A DNA stretch of 64,000 nucleotides. It comes from an uncultured Nitrososphaerota archaeon. Lineage in GTDB: Archaea; Thermoproteota; Nitrososphaeria; Nitrososphaerales; CADDZS01. Within the stretch, counting starts at the first letter, position 1. Every line of letters starts with the position of its first letter. The notes below the pieces were generated by a model. That model was not told the origin of the DNA. It was given only the letters and a program-made list of their open reading frames with translations, and searched no databases. The stretch is taken from positions 1,024,001-1,088,000 of the forward strand of contig CAWCYI010000006.1 of NCBI GenBank assembly GCA_963799845.1, written 5' to 3'. The translations under genes and the position numbers were made by a program. Below, piece by piece: positions 30,846 to 43,031 of this stretch.

Positions 30846-33283
30846 TCATTGCAGTTGATTTTTCTGTTCAGAAGCGGATGAAACTTCAACTTCGTAATCC
30901 TTGCCCTCCCACGAATTGCGTGATTTCCAGAAGAAAGTGAATCTGATCGAGCTGACATAGATCATTTATTTCGGAAGTTGGAATATCTACGTAGTCGACT
31001 CCCAACCTGGTCGATTGGGAATCGGAATCGAAGATAGTTGTCCAGTCATCTGGAGACCAGTGGAGTCGGAAGACTTCCGATGCCTGAACCCTCAATATCG
31101 TTCCCCCTTTGACGGAAGCCGGTTGCCGTCTATGTTTCCATATCTCAATTTGAGGTCCAAGCCCTCTGGATGTTATGTACCTCTCGGCAACTTCGGGGAT
31201 AAGGTCGAAGACCGCTCCGTCGCTTGCGGACCTCAGAAGCTTGATGTATTCCGCATGCGCCCACACCAGCGGCTTTACCGAACCCGTTGATCGCCCAAAT
31301 CTCATATGAGTTTCCCGGATATCTTCAGAGTCCCACACCTGCTCCGGCAGATGAGCTGTCGCTGAGGCAAACTTTTCCATCGTTTCAACGTATGGTTTGG
31401 CATCGTTTCCCGCCGCCAGCTCGTAATGTCCTCTTTCTCCAGTCAGTAGTGGCCATAACCTTCCCCGTCCCCATCCGTCAAATGGAGACCCGTCGTCCTT
31501 CTGGCCGTACCCGTCGAAATTATACCTGTGCCAGCAGGGGCCGAATGGGGTGTCGGTCTTCAGAACGGCGTCCACCACCTTGAGGGAGTCGACTATCAGT
31601 TTGTCATTCGGCGATCGAATTCCGTATCTTACTAGCTCGAGAAACCCTGGATCCACGATGTCCCTCGCGGGGTACTCATGCCTTCCCCACGCCGGCTGAT
31701 TGGCGAGTGTCAGGACTCCTTCATTCGGATCTTCGTTTGGCGTAGGATCGTTGACATCAATTGGATTTATCCGGATGTAGTGGTTTGTTATCCCTGGCAC
31801 GAGCGACCCCATCGTCGTACAAGTCCATGCTTCAATGTGAGATTCTAGAAAATCCGCGTATTCCTCCAGATACTTTCCGGTCTCATCGTCTCCGCGACCG
31901 CGGGCAAACTGGGCCGCGCAGATCAGCGCAGCGATGTTCGTCGCCAGTGTAGACGGAGAATAACCGCTTGCCTCTTCCCATCTGTCCTGTTGGGTTACGG
32001 GACCCATCTTTACCAGGAAGCTTGCTGCCCTAATGACTCCCTCATACGGATCGCAAGATTGGAGGACTTGGGCTTTGTGCATCCGCCATGCGAGTATTAT
32101 TGGGAAGGCAACCTCATCCAATTGGATCCCGCCCCAGTATGTTTGTCCATCTATCCAAAAGTTCTGAGGGTACCCGCCGTCCTCAAGCTGACTGGTAGAT
32201 AGGTAGATCAGAGATCGCAGAGGAGTGTCAATATTTCCCGCCGCAAGCAGAGCGCTTGCGCTGTTGACCATGTCTCTTGTCCAGACGAGGTGGTAGCCGC
32301 CCTTGTCCTCGTCACCCTTTGACTCCCCCCAAGGGATGGACATAGAGGCAATGATAGCACCAGGGTACGTCTTGTCTTCATGAGCTGAGGATCACACTGT
32401 AGCTCGTTCGGTACAGATTCCCAGAGTCTCCTGATGCCCTATTCAAATCGAGCAAACGCTGGTATGGACGATCCCATTGTTCAAGGAATCGCATTCGATG
32501 ATCTGTGAATGGGAGACCTAGGGACTGGAGAAGAGTTGTAACCGCACTGTGGAGGCTGTCTCCCAGAGCGATCCCTAGAGTAAATTCTCCATCGTTTTTC
32601 TCAAAATCCACCTCGCCCATAAGAGCGACGTTTCCATTGAGGGCAGTATCAAACTCCCAATCCATCTTGAAATTTTCATTGAGGTCAGTCCATCCATCGC
32701 TCGCCCCAACATAACCGCAGGATAATCGCTTGAATGAAACTGTAGCGCACATGGCGAGCCACGTTCCATTTTTCTCCGCGACAAAAAGCTCTCGACCTGC
32801 TACTCTTGCAACGTAAGCATTGTTTCCTGATCCCCCTCCATCCAAGTGTGGAGCGCAGAGTGCGTAGAGATGTAAATCGGAGCTAAAGTCCTCTGAAATT
32901 TCAAATCTAGTATTCTGAAGAATACAAGGGAGATGTGGATCGGCTATTATCTCCTTTCTGATCCTATATCGTCCCCGCGGATCTGAATTGGTTATCCTGT
33001 AGCCGAGATCTCGACGCTCCAATCTTTCGATTTCGGTTGTCAGGACTCGCTTTTCCTCGTCAAAAAAAGTGGATTCGTCGCTCACGAGATACTCCATATC
33101 TCGAAGTTGCGGTCGATCAACTGTGGGATAATATGCCTCAGTCAGTGTTCCGCGCCAAACCGTAAACCAGATCCTGCTATCCGCCGAATAAGCGGTTCCC
33201 ACACCGTCCTTGTTCCCCCGGGTCCACTTGGGTGGTATTCCAGGAGTTCCAAACGCGTTCACGTCCCCGCGAAAACTTGTCAT
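30846..33283 (-). CDS. GH15 glucoamylase / glucan 1,4-alpha-glucosidase with glucodextranase-like N domain
   Basis: KDGVGTA, SIPWG, YHLVWTRD, QLDE, QDRWEE, LPEQVWD, PLVWAHAEY; single-base removals at AGCTGA 32383-32388 and 30950-30955 restore AHEDKTYPGA and IRFTFFW..WEGKDY. Confidence 0.93.
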
Positions 33284-33485
33284 CCAACTATCGACTCGGT
33301 TTTTTCAGCTAATCAGATTTCGCATTACCGGTTTCTGTTTTATTGGTCAAGAACACTCGATTTGGATTTCATTACGGGTTTAATGCAATCTGTCTCCAAC
33401 TGACCAACTCTGCGACGGCCTCGACAACTTTAATTGATCATCTGTACCCTGAATCCATGAATTCGCGAAAGGATCCTGATAACTC

Positions 33486-34673
33486 TTGAAGATTTCTGGG
33501 ATTGATATATACCAACTGGGGGAACAGTCTGCCGGCGGTGCGACATGGGCTGGAAACTCGATAATTCTAAAACTGACAACTTCCGACGGCGAGGTAGGTT
33601 TTGGCGAAGCCGTCCCTACTCTCAGAGTTGAGCCGGTAATTGGTTCCCTCCGCGAAGTCGCCAGAGTCTATCAGGGAAAAAATCCTCTAGACGTCGAGGC
33701 CAATCTTCACGAGTGGCACAAGCATGATTTTTACATGCCAATGTCTTTCGAATCAACAACTGCAGCCAGCGCGTTTGACATCGCGTGCTGGGACATTATA
33801 GGAAAACACTACGGTGCCCCAATCCGCGATTTGATGGGCGGGTCTTTCAGGGACAGAGTCAGACTCTATGCGAACGGCTGGTACGATAATTGCGTGACGC
33901 CCGAAGAGTTCGGAGAAAGAGCGGCCAAGTGGGCAAAGATGGGTTATACTGGACTGAAGTTTGACGTTTTTGGCGCTTACTATGATTACATTGATGAAGC
34001 AGGGCTGCAGCTCGCGTACGACAGAGTCAAGGCGGTGCGAGATGCAACGGATGGAAAAGTGTCGATGATGATCGAGCATCACGGCAGGTTTAATCCGACC
34101 TCGGCCATCATGATTGCGAAAAAATTATCCGATTTGGATCCTCTCTTCATGGAGGAGCCGATTCATCCGGACAATTTAGAGGGGCTAGAGAAATACAGGA
34201 AATCTACCGACGTGCGAGTCGCGCTGGGGGAAAGACTACTTACGAAGGAGCAGGTTGTCTATGTTTTGAAAAACAATCTGACGGACTTTCTTCAAGCTGA
34301 CATTACCAATATTGGAGGAGTGACAGTTGCGAAGAAAATTTGTTCAATTGCTGAGGCGTTTGGCGTCGAGATGGCGTTCCACAATGCTTTCGGCCCGATC
34401 CAAAATGCCGTTACTCTACAGCTTGACTCCTCGATTCCAAACTTTCTTATCCAGGAATCTTTCTGGGACGCCTTCCCTGCCTGGAAGAAGGAGCTAGTGA
34501 GAAATCAAACGCCGGTCGAAAGAGGCCATAGTACAGTTTCAACGAGGCCCGGGATTGGAGTGGAAGTGGACGAAAAAATAATCGAGAAGTACATTGCATC
34601 GGGCCAGGAGTACTTTAATCCGGATGAACCAGTCTGGGTCGTAAAGAATACCTGGAAGAACGAGGGGGTTTGA
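33486..34673 (+). CDS. gad: D-gluconate/galactonate dehydratase (enolase superfamily, archaeal Entner-Doudoroff)
   Basis: ATWA, GEAVPTLRV, HEW..HDFY..SFES, YANGWY, KFD, EHHGRF, EEP, GER, HNAFGP; closely resembles the Sulfolobus enzyme from memory. Confidence 0.9.
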   Translation: MKISGIDIYQLGEQSAGGATWAGNSIILKLTTSDGEVGFGEAVPTLRVEPVIGSLREVARVYQGKNPLDVEANLHEWHKHDFYMPMSFESTTAASAFDIACWDIIGKHYGAPIRDLMGGSFRDRVRLYANGWYDNCVTPEEFGERAAKWAKMGYTGLKFDVFGAYYDYIDEAGLQLAYDRVKAVRDATDGKVSMMIEHHGRFNPTSAIMIAKKLSDLDPLFMEEPIHPDNLEGLEKYRKSTDVRVALGERLLTKEQVVYVLKNNLTDFLQADITNIGGVTVAKKICSIAEAFGVEMAFHNAFGPIQNAVTLQLDSSIPNFLIQESFWDAFPAWKKELVRNQTPVERGHSTVSTRPGIGVEVDEKIIEKYIASGQEYFNPDEPVWVVKNTWKNEGV

Positions 34674-34681
34674 GAAAACGC

Positions 34682-35395
34682 TCAGTTGTTTTGAATGACA
34701 CTACTTTCTAGTTGTTTTTCTTTTCTCTGAGTAAGAAATCTGATCACAGTGTAAATAACAGTAATCAGCATTCCAATTATGAATGCTATTTCGTGGACTC
34801 TCCAGTTGTATTGATCCGAAGCTATGAATATAGGTTCTAGGAACAAGATAAACCAGAGAGTGGTTGCAATCAAAGTTGCGTAGATTATCGCAAATGAATT
34901 TCGAATGTACCTGTCCGAATGAGGATTTCGATAAAGTGTATCGAACAAACCGAAGATAGAAAAAGTGAAAATGATCGCTTGCGCGGCGATGTCTATTGAC
35001 GACGCACCGAAAGGAAAAGTTTTGGCCAGATTAAAGACAGAATTCCATATTAGATTCGAGACCACTCCAATCGTGATACTCGCCGAAACGAAATATATGG
35101 ACAGAGACTTTCTTTCTTTACTTGGAGCCCCAAGAAGAATTGGCGCGAATAGGATCGTTACTCCCAAAAGACCGCCAATCGTTCCCCAAGAATCGAATAC
35201 GAAGGGTGCCACGATGACGCCCCAATAATGATGGTCTAGTACACCGAGTATAACGTTTGAGCCAAAGAAATAGGTCCCCAGATTCAAAACAACTAGAGCG
35301 AGGAATCCTATGATTACTAGATGAATGTAAGAACCAGTAAAAAAAGTCCAGAATTCATTGATTGCTGAGATTCTATGTTCTTGTCCTTTTAACAT
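34682..35395 (-). CDS. Rhomboid-like membrane protein
   Basis: About six TM helices; FGASS and NWRVHEIAFIIG resemble rhomboid Ser/His motifs. Confidence 0.55.
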   Translation of the reverse strand: MLKGQEHRISAINEFWTFFTGSYIHLVIIGFLALVVLNLGTYFFGSNVILGVLDHHYWGVIVAPFVFDSWGTIGGLLGVTILFAPILLGAPSKERKSLSIYFVSASITIGVVSNLIWNSVFNLAKTFPFGASSIDIAAQAIIFTFSIFGLFDTLYRNPHSDRYIRNSFAIIYATLIATTLWFILFLEPIFIASDQYNWRVHEIAFIIGMLITVIYTVIRFLTQRKEKQLESSVIQNN

Positions 35396-35923
35396 CCGAC
35401 CGAATGTGCCGAATCAGACCAATATGAACTTGCCCAATCGTACAATTACTTGGTATCGAAGGATTGCTGAATTTGTTAAATACGAATACGTTTGTTTTGC
35501 GAAACGCAGTCCGTCGTGGACTAAAATACAAGGTAGAATTTGAAAATGGCATAAATCGATACGATCCACTTCCAGATTACCCGATAAAATAAGAGAGAGT
35601 GAGTGGTGATCATTCACTCTGAGATTCGGTGACAACCATTGGGGTAGCTAGGTTGTGTGAAGACTGATTGAGTTCCCAATTCGCGACTGCATCTCTCGTT
35701 CGCCCACAAGTCCCCAGACTGCTTATGAACGCGTGATCGCTACAATCTGGATATTCGATGTAGTTTGAGGCGAAGTATATCCCTCCTCCAAGAGCATATA
35801 TTGCCCAATTTTAATCACCCCATCGCGGTCTGATCAGGCCCGGAAAGACCTGATATTGGCTGAAACCGTCTTTTTCCATGTCATAACGCACAAGAAAAGA
35901 CTACACGTAAAATATCTTCATTC

Positions 35924-37393
35924 GTAACCATTTAGCGTTTTGAAGTAATCGGCCGAAAGCTATTTGGCCAAGATTCTCCATTGAACTTTCCGTAAGCCTT
36001 TGTCTTCGATTGACGATGAACCAAGTAATCTTCCCGAATACTACCAAAGTCAAATCGATGAACTTGAAGAACAAAACAGACTCCTGAAGGAGGAGAATAA
36101 ACAGCTCAAGGAGGAGCTTGCCTCCCTCAAGACAACGCTTGGGGCAGTTGTTGCAAGGAGCATAAACGCAAAGAAGGACACTCCCGCGACCTTTACTACA
36201 ACCACCTCCGATAACAGAAAGTACCACAAGAAATCTGGGAGAAGAAAAGGTCACGAAGGCGGGACGAGAAGAAAGCCAGACCACGTTGATCATACAATGG
36301 AACTGGATCAAACTGTATGCCCCAAATGCGGAGGAGTCCTCTCAGAAAAACCTACAGACAAATACGAAAGATTTGTCGAAGATGTCGTTCCCGCAAGATT
36401 GGTTGTAACAAGATACGTAATTAAGAGGAGATATTGCTGCGGATGCAGGAGACAGATCTCTCCTGAAGTGCCCAATGTCCTCAGCAACGAGCGATTCGGG
36501 CTCAGACTGATGCTCCTTATAGTTTCGCTCAAATTGCTGGGGCTGTCGTACGCAAAAATCACCTCACTATTCAAGCTCATCTTCAATCTTGAGATGAGTG
36601 AGGCTTCGGTGGAGCACTCTGTGATGAAGGTTGCAGAAGCATTCGGTCCGCGTTACAGTGATCTCATCTCAGAAGTGAGAAATGAAAAGAGTCTGCATGG
36701 CGATGAAACAAGCTGGAGGATCAAGGGAAAGAACCACTGGCTCTGGACGTTTGTGGGCAAATGGTCGGTTATCTACGAGGTGGCAAGATCTCGAGGCAGC
36801 GAGGTTCCCATAAAGGTACTTGGTAGAGACTACGCTGGGACCGTGATAAGCGATTCATGGCCGGCATGGAACTACGTTGGAACAAAACACCAGAGATGCC
36901 TTCTGCACTACCTCCGTGATATAGAAGACACCCAGATCTATAAGAGACCGGGAAAAGAATTCACACCGTTTTCAAAGAAACTCAAACGCATACTGAATGA
37001 CGCGATAAAAGTTGGAAAGAGCGTGAATGGAAAGAGGGATCGCCTAAGAGCCAAGAAGAGGTTTGAAGCGAGGGTCGAGAAAATTAACGCATCGTATTCG
37101 ACCGTGGATGAGACAAACTGCATGCGGTTTGTCAAGCGTCTGAGAAGAGAGAAGGGAATGCTGTTCACGTTCCTTGAAGAGCTTGGAGTTGACTGGAACA
37201 ACAATACAGCGGAGAGAGCAATAAGACCAAGCGTTGTCATTAGAAAGATAACCTACGGCAACCAATCGATGGAAGGAGCAGATGCACACAAAGTGTTGAT
37301 GAGCGTGAAAGAGACGTGCAGGCTGAGAGGATTGAACTTTTACGATTATGCCATGAACTATCTAAATCCAGCTTCAAAAAGCTAAACGGTTAC
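35924..37393 (+). mobile_element. IS66 family insertion sequence, single-ORF (ISBst12-like) type, complete
   Basis: 22-bp terminal IRs GTAACCATTTAGCGTTTTGAAG with 2 mismatches; 8-bp target duplication CTTCATTC at 35916-35923 and 37394-37401. Confidence 0.95.
36000..37385 (+). CDS. IS66 transposase
   Basis: Coiled coil, GHEG, CPKCG zinc finger, GDETSW, SDSW, QRCLLH, NNTAERAIR. Confidence 0.95.
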   Translation: MSSIDDEPSNLPEYYQSQIDELEEQNRLLKEENKQLKEELASLKTTLGAVVARSINAKKDTPATFTTTTSDNRKYHKKSGRRKGHEGGTRRKPDHVDHTMELDQTVCPKCGGVLSEKPTDKYERFVEDVVPARLVVTRYVIKRRYCCGCRRQISPEVPNVLSNERFGLRLMLLIVSLKLLGLSYAKITSLFKLIFNLEMSEASVEHSVMKVAEAFGPRYSDLISEVRNEKSLHGDETSWRIKGKNHWLWTFVGKWSVIYEVARSRGSEVPIKVLGRDYAGTVISDSWPAWNYVGTKHQRCLLHYLRDIEDTQIYKRPGKEFTPFSKKLKRILNDAIKVGKSVNGKRDRLRAKKRFEARVEKINASYSTVDETNCMRFVKRLRREKGMLFTFLEELGVDWNNNTAERAIRPSVVIRKITYGNQSMEGADAHKVLMSVKETCRLRGLNFYDYAMNYLNPASKS

Positions 37394-37442
37394 CTTCATT
37401 CTTATTTCGAATCTAAGATCAAATCAGAAAAAAGAACGTGAA

Positions 37443-37463
37443 CGGGTGAGATTTTCTCACCCG
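37443..37463 (-). terminator. Hairpin followed by T tract
   Basis: CGGGTGAGA-TTT-TCTCACCCG perfect 9-bp stem; on the minus strand followed by TTCACGTTCTTTTTT downstream of the 37499 gene. Confidence 0.6.
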
Positions 37464-37498
37464 ATGAGTACGTTGATCGGGACTATTTCGGCCTTAAT

Positions 37499-39686
37499 TC
37501 ATCTGAGAACGTTGACTGAACTTCCCCAGTTCGCGAATGTATTCCTGGTACCTCCACAAACTCCCGCAGCCGGAAGGCCGTTCACAAGGATTTGGTTGCA
37601 GTTAGGTGACTGGATGTAGTTTGTAGCGAAGAATATTCCACCGTGAGTTCCTGGAACGAATATAGCCCAGCTATAATCACCCCACCTTGGTCTGTAGAGG
37701 TAGAGTTGCGCATATCCTGTGGCGAAGAATTGATATTCGGTGAAGCCGTCTTGTGGAGATTTTCCGAGTGCTGTGATGTGAATCGTGGCTTGATTTGAGG
37801 TCAACCATGCATAGGCAGTGCTTGGATAGTAGTCTGGACCGGATAATGTGAAAGTCATCAGGGCACTACCGGAGTTTGTGGCTGCTATCGCGGGAAATTC
37901 GAGATCTTCGTGGGATGCACTGACATATCCCTCCCTACTGATGGTGAATGATGGTCCCGCACCTGTACTGATATCCCAGTAGGCCGCACCCATATGGTTC
38001 TCTGAGGATTTTCCAAATGTCTGTATTATCTGGGTACTCACACCTGCCCAGAGCTGTCCATCTGAGTACGAAACCTGGGTGACTCCATCGCCATTCGTCT
38101 GTATTCCGCTCTCCGGGCATGACAAGGAGGTTGACAGACCTTGAGCACCACACATGTCGCCGAGTGGTATCGGACCTGATTTCTGAACACCCAGACCACA
38201 ACTTCCACCAAATTGCGCGAGGCAGTTGATTCCTTCGTTCATGTACACAACTGGAGTGTTAATAATTGATCCTCCGAATTTGATGTTAGTACATGCGCTG
38301 CAAGCCGGGGTGTTTAGGCTAGACAATCCCGTCCAGTAGAAGGTTGCCGTACGATTATCGCCCAGCCCGGAGTTGCTAAAGAATGACAGGAAGTCACCTG
38401 TGCCCATCATGAATCCGGTTCCCCCGTTATTGTTGTCATACTGCGAGGGATCTGGCGTTTGAGCTGGAATTACCTGATACCAGCAATAGACACCGACTCC
38501 CGATCCTGTGAAACAACTTTCGGCTGCGGGCTGGAAGATTCCGTCAGCAGGAATAGGATAAAGGTTTGGTGCATTACCCATGTTTTCGTATGCGACCGTG
38601 ACTTTGCTTGACGCCCATCCCATTTCCAGGGAATTCTTGTTGAAGGCGAATTCCTGAGCTCCGTTGAATCCATGGCATCCGAAGGCAGGGCACGCCGGAT
38701 ACTGAGATCCAACCAGGATGAACTCATCATAGAACATAGTGAAGGCGTCCTGAGTTGATCCGATCTTTGCAAAGTCATTCAATAGGACACCGGCGCTTGC
38801 CCCGGGATCATTGTTCACTTTGTTTGGATCGACAAAGTACACGTTGTAAGATCCCATTGGATTATTGGTTGTGCTGACTGCTAATCCCTCCCTGCATGTA
38901 TCAGAGACTCCAACGAAGCAACCAGTGAACGCGCTCTCTGGTTCTGGGGTTGTCGACACAATTTCTGTAAAGAACCAGTGGCCGCCATTGGCATAGTCAT
39001 ACATGCAAGATATGTCTCCAGCGCTACCCCACTTCAGGGCTGTCAGGCCCATTAACCCGTCCAACGTCGCGTAACCGTTTGCAACGGGTTGGAGATTGGA
39101 TGCAGAGTAGACCTGAGCCTCTCCGAGATTCAGTACGTCAATAGCGTACTGACTGTTGGCACACAAACCTTGATCGGGGGGTTCAATGTCGAATCCATAG
39201 GAAAGTCCACTGTCGACTGCATTCAGCCCCTGGAGTTGGGTCGTGGCGCCGCCGGAAGCACCGCTAACACTATCGCAACCAGAACCGGGGCAATTAATTA
39301 CCGGAGGATCAGGCAAGGCACCGGGACTTGCTGATTGAGATCCAGCATTTGGGGCAGGAAGAGATCGCGCCTGAAAACTAGCTACGGAGTTACTAGTTCC
39401 ATTAGCAGGGCCGCCTAAAATCGTGGTAGGGGGGCTGCCGAAGGCTGACGGGACTAGAATTGGACCGCTTAGAAATTTATCCGCGCTTCCTACAAACGAG
39501 GGAGCAGCAGCAGCTAAGGTTGTACTTGTGGAAGGAATTACATTTGTGGGAGATAGTACACTGGAGGTTTCGCCAAAGGTTCCCAGCGTAGACGCAAGCG
39601 CTCCACTAGCTAGTAGCATTGCCAGAAGAGTCTATCGAAATTAGACCAATCTTCTTTCGTTTTGAAAATACTTTCAAGAAGGACAT
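37499..39686 (-). CDS. Large secreted Gly/Cys-rich protein of unknown function
   Basis: Signal peptide MSFLKVFSKRKKIGLISIALLAMLLASG restored by removing one base at 39629-39634; EPPDQGLC, RWGDYS, NWGS motifs. Confidence 0.8.
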
Positions 39687-39825
39687 TGAGATGAGGCGCG
39701 TGTAAGTCTCTGATTTAAGACTTCTTCTAATTCTTACTCATGGTATCGAGACTCACATGAGAATCGAAATAGACAGAAAATTGATGTTAAGATGTATCGG
39801 ATTCCGCTATATGGTGGTCGAAGAG

Positions 39826-41194
39826 TTATGAAGTTCCGGCCCAGATGACGTAACTCATATCTTGAGTCAGATTCGATAGGTCGTCCGTCGTACCGTTGTA
39901 ACTGAGCAGCATTCCGCCCTTGTTAGCGTATCCTCCAATTATCCACAAATCTAACCACGAGCTCAGGGCGATTGAAAGGACGCTGGAATCCGCATTGACG
40001 TTAGTTGCATAACTTGGTAGAGCCGAACTCAAATTCGAGAAATCTTTCGAGTTGAAGCCTGCGAGCCAAGCGTGGCTGGCAAAGGACGTTAGAGCAACCG
40101 CCTCTCCTCCTCCGATCAACCATGACGAGCCATTCCAATCAAGCGCATTCACGGAGTATTGCGACTGATCGACCTGCAAGGGAAGAACGGCCTCTAATTT
40201 CTGGGTCAGGTCTGTAAAAACAGAATTATTGTACATCGCAAAAAATCCCGTTCCACCGATCAGCCAATATTGTCCGTTCCACGCAATGCTCTGAATCGAG
40301 GAGAATTCAGGAATTGAAGATGCGATATCGGCTGTAAGGTCTGAAAAAGTTGCGCCGTTGAACGAGAAAAGCACGCCCTCTCCCAGGTACCCGCCTCCGA
40401 CTAACCACTGATTATCACCAAATGCATTCGCGTAAAGAATCCCATCCATCTGCTGAGGCAATTCTGATGAGAGATCGGTGAAGGTTGTCCCGTTGAATAG
40501 ACCAGCAGATAGGTGGTTGGTAGCATCAGGCGACACTGTCCCCAATATCCCAGAACCCATCCCGGAGAGGAACCACTCGCTGGCATTGGAGCTGATAGAA
40601 AAAACATCTCCACCATTCCATTCAGCCTCGGCAGCATCTTCCACGCTGTCGCTTAGAGCGTTCGTTCCGTTGAAGACAAACAGGTACGGATTTGGCGCAT
40701 CAGTTGCGTCGTCCCCACCCCAGCCGGAAATGAGCCAGTCGGATCCGTTCGAATCACCACTCCAAACTGTTCCTTGGCCATCCACAGGATTCAGCCTTCT
40801 AACGAAGTGATTGGAAAGTGAGATTTGCAACAGTCTCGGAAACTGCGAGTCCGTAAACCAACTTCCATTTTGGCCGCCAACAAGAAGGTAGCCGTATTGT
40901 TGGTCGGCGACTTGCTGGATTATTTGTGATTCAGTTACGGTTGTCGTTAGGGTCGACGTGATTGTGTATTGAGGAGCTGAGTACAGTGGAAGTCGACAAA
41001 GAAGGCGTGACAAAGACTGTGGTGGTTGCATCATTATCGATAGTCGTCGTAAGGTACACAGTATTAGTGTCAATACTTGTCACAAAACGCGTTGTGACCT
41101 CGTTTCTTTGAGAAAATGAATGGGAATTGAATATTACTACCGATCCAATTAGAAGAAACATTATCGAAACAACGATTGATGCTTGAGTTTTCAT
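39826..41194 (-). CDS. Membrane-anchored protein with Thr-rich stalk and WNG..WLIGG repeats (beta-propeller-like)
   Basis: Two ORFs joined by removing one base at AGCTGA 40975-40980; repeats NGSDWLISG, DNQWLVGG, WNGQYWLIGG, WNGSSWLIGG. Confidence 0.8.
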
Positions 41195-41467
41195 GTTCAA
41201 GAAAGGATTCCTCGAAAAATTTTGTTAACCGCAAGAATTAATGCTGGAAAAAAGTTGGACTGCCACATTTTCTGAAGGAGTTAACTCTTTTCCTAGATTG
41301 TTCCATGATTCATTGATTGACGGGAATCAAGTCCGGAACTTGTGGATTTCAAGATCTGACGAAAAATTCGAGAGCAATCCCCCAAGTGGGAAGGAGCTGT
41401 ATTCTTCCTACTAGTTCGGCATCGCGCGTTAGATACAATTGATCTGCCGTCCCTTTTGGAAGGCAGA

Positions 41468-41788
41468 TTATAATTTTCTTATTTCTGCCACTACATCGGT
41501 AAGATCGGAATACATTCGATCTGGAATCGAGAATGATTGCTTGAGTTGGACGATTATGTCCCTTTCCACGTAAGAAGAACCGAATCGGAAAATGTTCTTG
41601 ATCGTTTTTGAAAATAATTCGGGATTTCGAAAGATGTCTCCTTTTGCGAGATTGTAATCCATTTCGAACTTTTGAAAAACCAGACGAGAACTATTATCGT
41701 CGAACCGAGAGAAGCCCCTCTCGATTGACCTTAGGAAATCACGCTCAATCGAACTGGACTGGAATTGAGAGAGAGAAAGGATCTTCAA
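41468..41788 (-). CDS. DUF3227/NitrOD5-like small helical protein
   Basis: DIFRNPELFSKTIKNIFRFGSSYVERDII pattern. Confidence 0.6.
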   Translation of the reverse strand: MKILSLSQFQSSSIERDFLRSIERGFSRFDDNSSRLVFQKFEMDYNLAKGDIFRNPELFSKTIKNIFRFGSSYVERDIIVQLKQSFSIPDRMYSDLTDVVAEIRKL

Positions 41789-42291
41789 ATTTTATTGCTT
41801 GAAAAATAAAGCCCAAAACCGTATATGATTTGTATGGAGTTCAGTGATGTAACGGATTCCAGAAGTTGCAGATTTCGATTAGCATCTTGGATCGCCAATT
41901 ATTCACCAGTTTTGGAAACCGACTTCACTTTCCTCAGAATTATCCTGGTTCCCCTCATTTTCAGGTCCGCGGGTTCAAGACTGCCTGATGTAAGCATAGC
42001 CGCAGTACTTTACCGCTGGACGTGGGAAATTGGCCCTCTTAATTTGCGATAGCATTAGAACTTGCCAACAGAGCTGAGAAACGAGCTCTTCGGTACGCAG
42101 AATTGCGCCCCCATGTAGAAAAGGGCAAAATTGGCATAATAAATCAATGAAGTTGAGAGGATGACTTCGATTGATAAAGAGGGTACGGGTACAGGAGAGA
42201 GAGACCTGCGGGAGATATTCAAGCTCAACTGATTATTTCCACTTTTAGAAAACAGGATGTCACTTGCGGGCAAAATTTTATTTCTCTAAAG

Positions 42292-43017
42292 GTGTTGCTC
42301 AAAGTCGTATTGCACAAAGGTAGTCCGTTTCTGTCTCAGCTTCAATGTCGAATCCTGTCTTCCATGTATCTCTCCAAAATAGAGTATCTGAATTCTGAGA
42401 CGATCCTGAAACAAACAGGAATTGCTCAGTCGACATGGTCGGAAGAGCAAAACCGATTGACCGAGATGGGACTATTGGAAAAGAAGCAGTCGCGAATGAT
42501 GACTTCGAACATTATTACCAGGGTCATGAACTATAAACTCACGGACAAGGGGAGGCTAGTGGCCTTGAATTTGACGAATATTTCGAGAATTTTGGCACCA
42601 GACCTGTTCTCGCCAGATTCAAGTGAATTACGAGGACTTCGTTCTTCACTCAAACCTGCTCCCAATGATGAAATTGATCTTGACGTTAAAATTCTAGAGT
42701 GCATTGAAATCGGTTTGGACAGTTTCGGTATGAATTTGGACAAGCTGGTAAGGTCGGAAATCGAAAAATCAGATAAGATTCAGTGGATGCAAATTGCAAG
42801 GTTTCCGGAAAAGCTAGAATTCCACTTGAGAGAACTATTTGGCGCCGGTGGATCGTCGACGATCGAGAGCATGATTGCCGCAAACATTCGATCCCGTTTC
42901 GGTCTCAGATCGATCCGGTCTAATAGTATTCCCGCGCTCATTGGCGAAATTCGACTTTCTGATAGAAAATCGGCAAATAGCTTCTCTGAGAAAAGTACTC
43001 TTAGTGTGGTTGAATAA
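42292..43017 (+). CDS. Winged-HTH regulator fused to DUF3227/NitrOD5-like domain
   Basis: RLTEMGLLE...YKLTDKGR wing; C-terminal IARFPEKLEFHLRELFGAGGSSTIE. Confidence 0.65.
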   Translation: MLLKVVLHKGSPFLSQLQCRILSSMYLSKIEYLNSETILKQTGIAQSTWSEEQNRLTEMGLLEKKQSRMMTSNIITRVMNYKLTDKGRLVALNLTNISRILAPDLFSPDSSELRGLRSSLKPAPNDEIDLDVKILECIEIGLDSFGMNLDKLVRSEIEKSDKIQWMQIARFPEKLEFHLRELFGAGGSSTIESMIAANIRSRFGLRSIRSNSIPALIGEIRLSDRKSANSFSEKSTLSVVE

Positions 43018-43031
43018 GAGTTGTTTCACTC

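Noticed and set aside
30886-33283. Genuine pseudogenisation or programmed frameshifting of glucoamylase and the ABC genes
   Set aside because: Breaks are single-base, share one motif context, lack slippery sequences and are not accompanied by nonsense codons
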